A stretch of DNA of 64,000 bases from Chrysomallon squamiferum (Eukaryota; Animalia; Mollusca). Below the pieces are notes generated by a model. That model was not told where the DNA came from. It did not search any database and worked only from the letters and a program-made list of their open reading frames with translations. A program made the position numbers and the translations under genes. Numbering within the stretch: the stretch's first letter is position 1; each line of letters starts with the position of its first letter. Where the stretch lies: NCBI GenBank assembly GCA_012295275.1, contig CM022667.1:4464001-4528000 (forward strand), read 5' to 3'. Shown here one piece after another: positions 63,563 to 64,000 of the stretch.

Positions 63563-64000
63563 TTTTATTTATTCTTATTTTTTGGGAGGGGGAAGATCTT
63601 TTTCTAGGTCAGAAAAAAGCTAAAAAATATATCATGAAAAAATAAAACAAAAAGAAAGGCAGAAAAAGAAATAATGAAACATTTATTTATTATTATTATT
63701 GATTGATCATTGCAGAAGTAATATTTTACTTTCTTTTATTTTACACAATACTATATATCACCACCATAATCTATCAAATAAATAATAATAATAAGAGTAA
63801 TAGTATGAAGAAGAAACACATGTAGCAACATAAATAAATAAATAATATTTATAATAATAGTAATAGTAAGAAGAGGAAGAAGAAGAAGATGTAGCAATAT
63901 AAATAAATAAATAATAATTATAACAGTAATAATAAGAAGAACATGTAGCATTATAAATGAATAAATATTATAATAATAATAATAGTAGGAAGAGAAAGAA

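Overview
Very AT-rich, microsatellite-laden, intron-containing animal DNA. It looks like a lophotrochozoan, probably a mollusc, but that is an inference from composition and gene content. It is not prokaryotic. Seven spliced protein-coding genes were reconstructed by hand from GT-AG boundaries and reading phase: the last exon of ECI2 (+, ends in PTS1 SKM), twisted gastrulation (-), an RNF166-type RING-UIM E3 ligase (+), a 25-coding-exon TTI1 (-), a KCTD1/KCTD15 BTB gene (+) inside ~18 kb of regulatory DNA, SmB/SNRPB (-), and a small single-pass Sel1-repeat gene (+). A probable non-coding first exon of a further gene lies near 62 kb. The most striking unexplained feature is a ~430-nt GC-rich element in the long last intron of SmB. 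It folds on the sense strand into nested long-range helices, carries an Sm-site-like motif between stems, and has an H/ACA-like 3' end. The same gene has a candidate stem-enclosed poison exon and an alternative C-terminus, which together suggest an undescribed SmB autoregulatory or host-ncRNA system. Also notable: a cluster of AP-2 (TFAP2) sites around the AP-2 inhibitor KCTD1/15, and several lesions that look like assembly errors (two 1-nt frameshifts in TTI1, a scrambled exon in the Sel1 gene). All folds and homologies were judged by eye; no searches were run.
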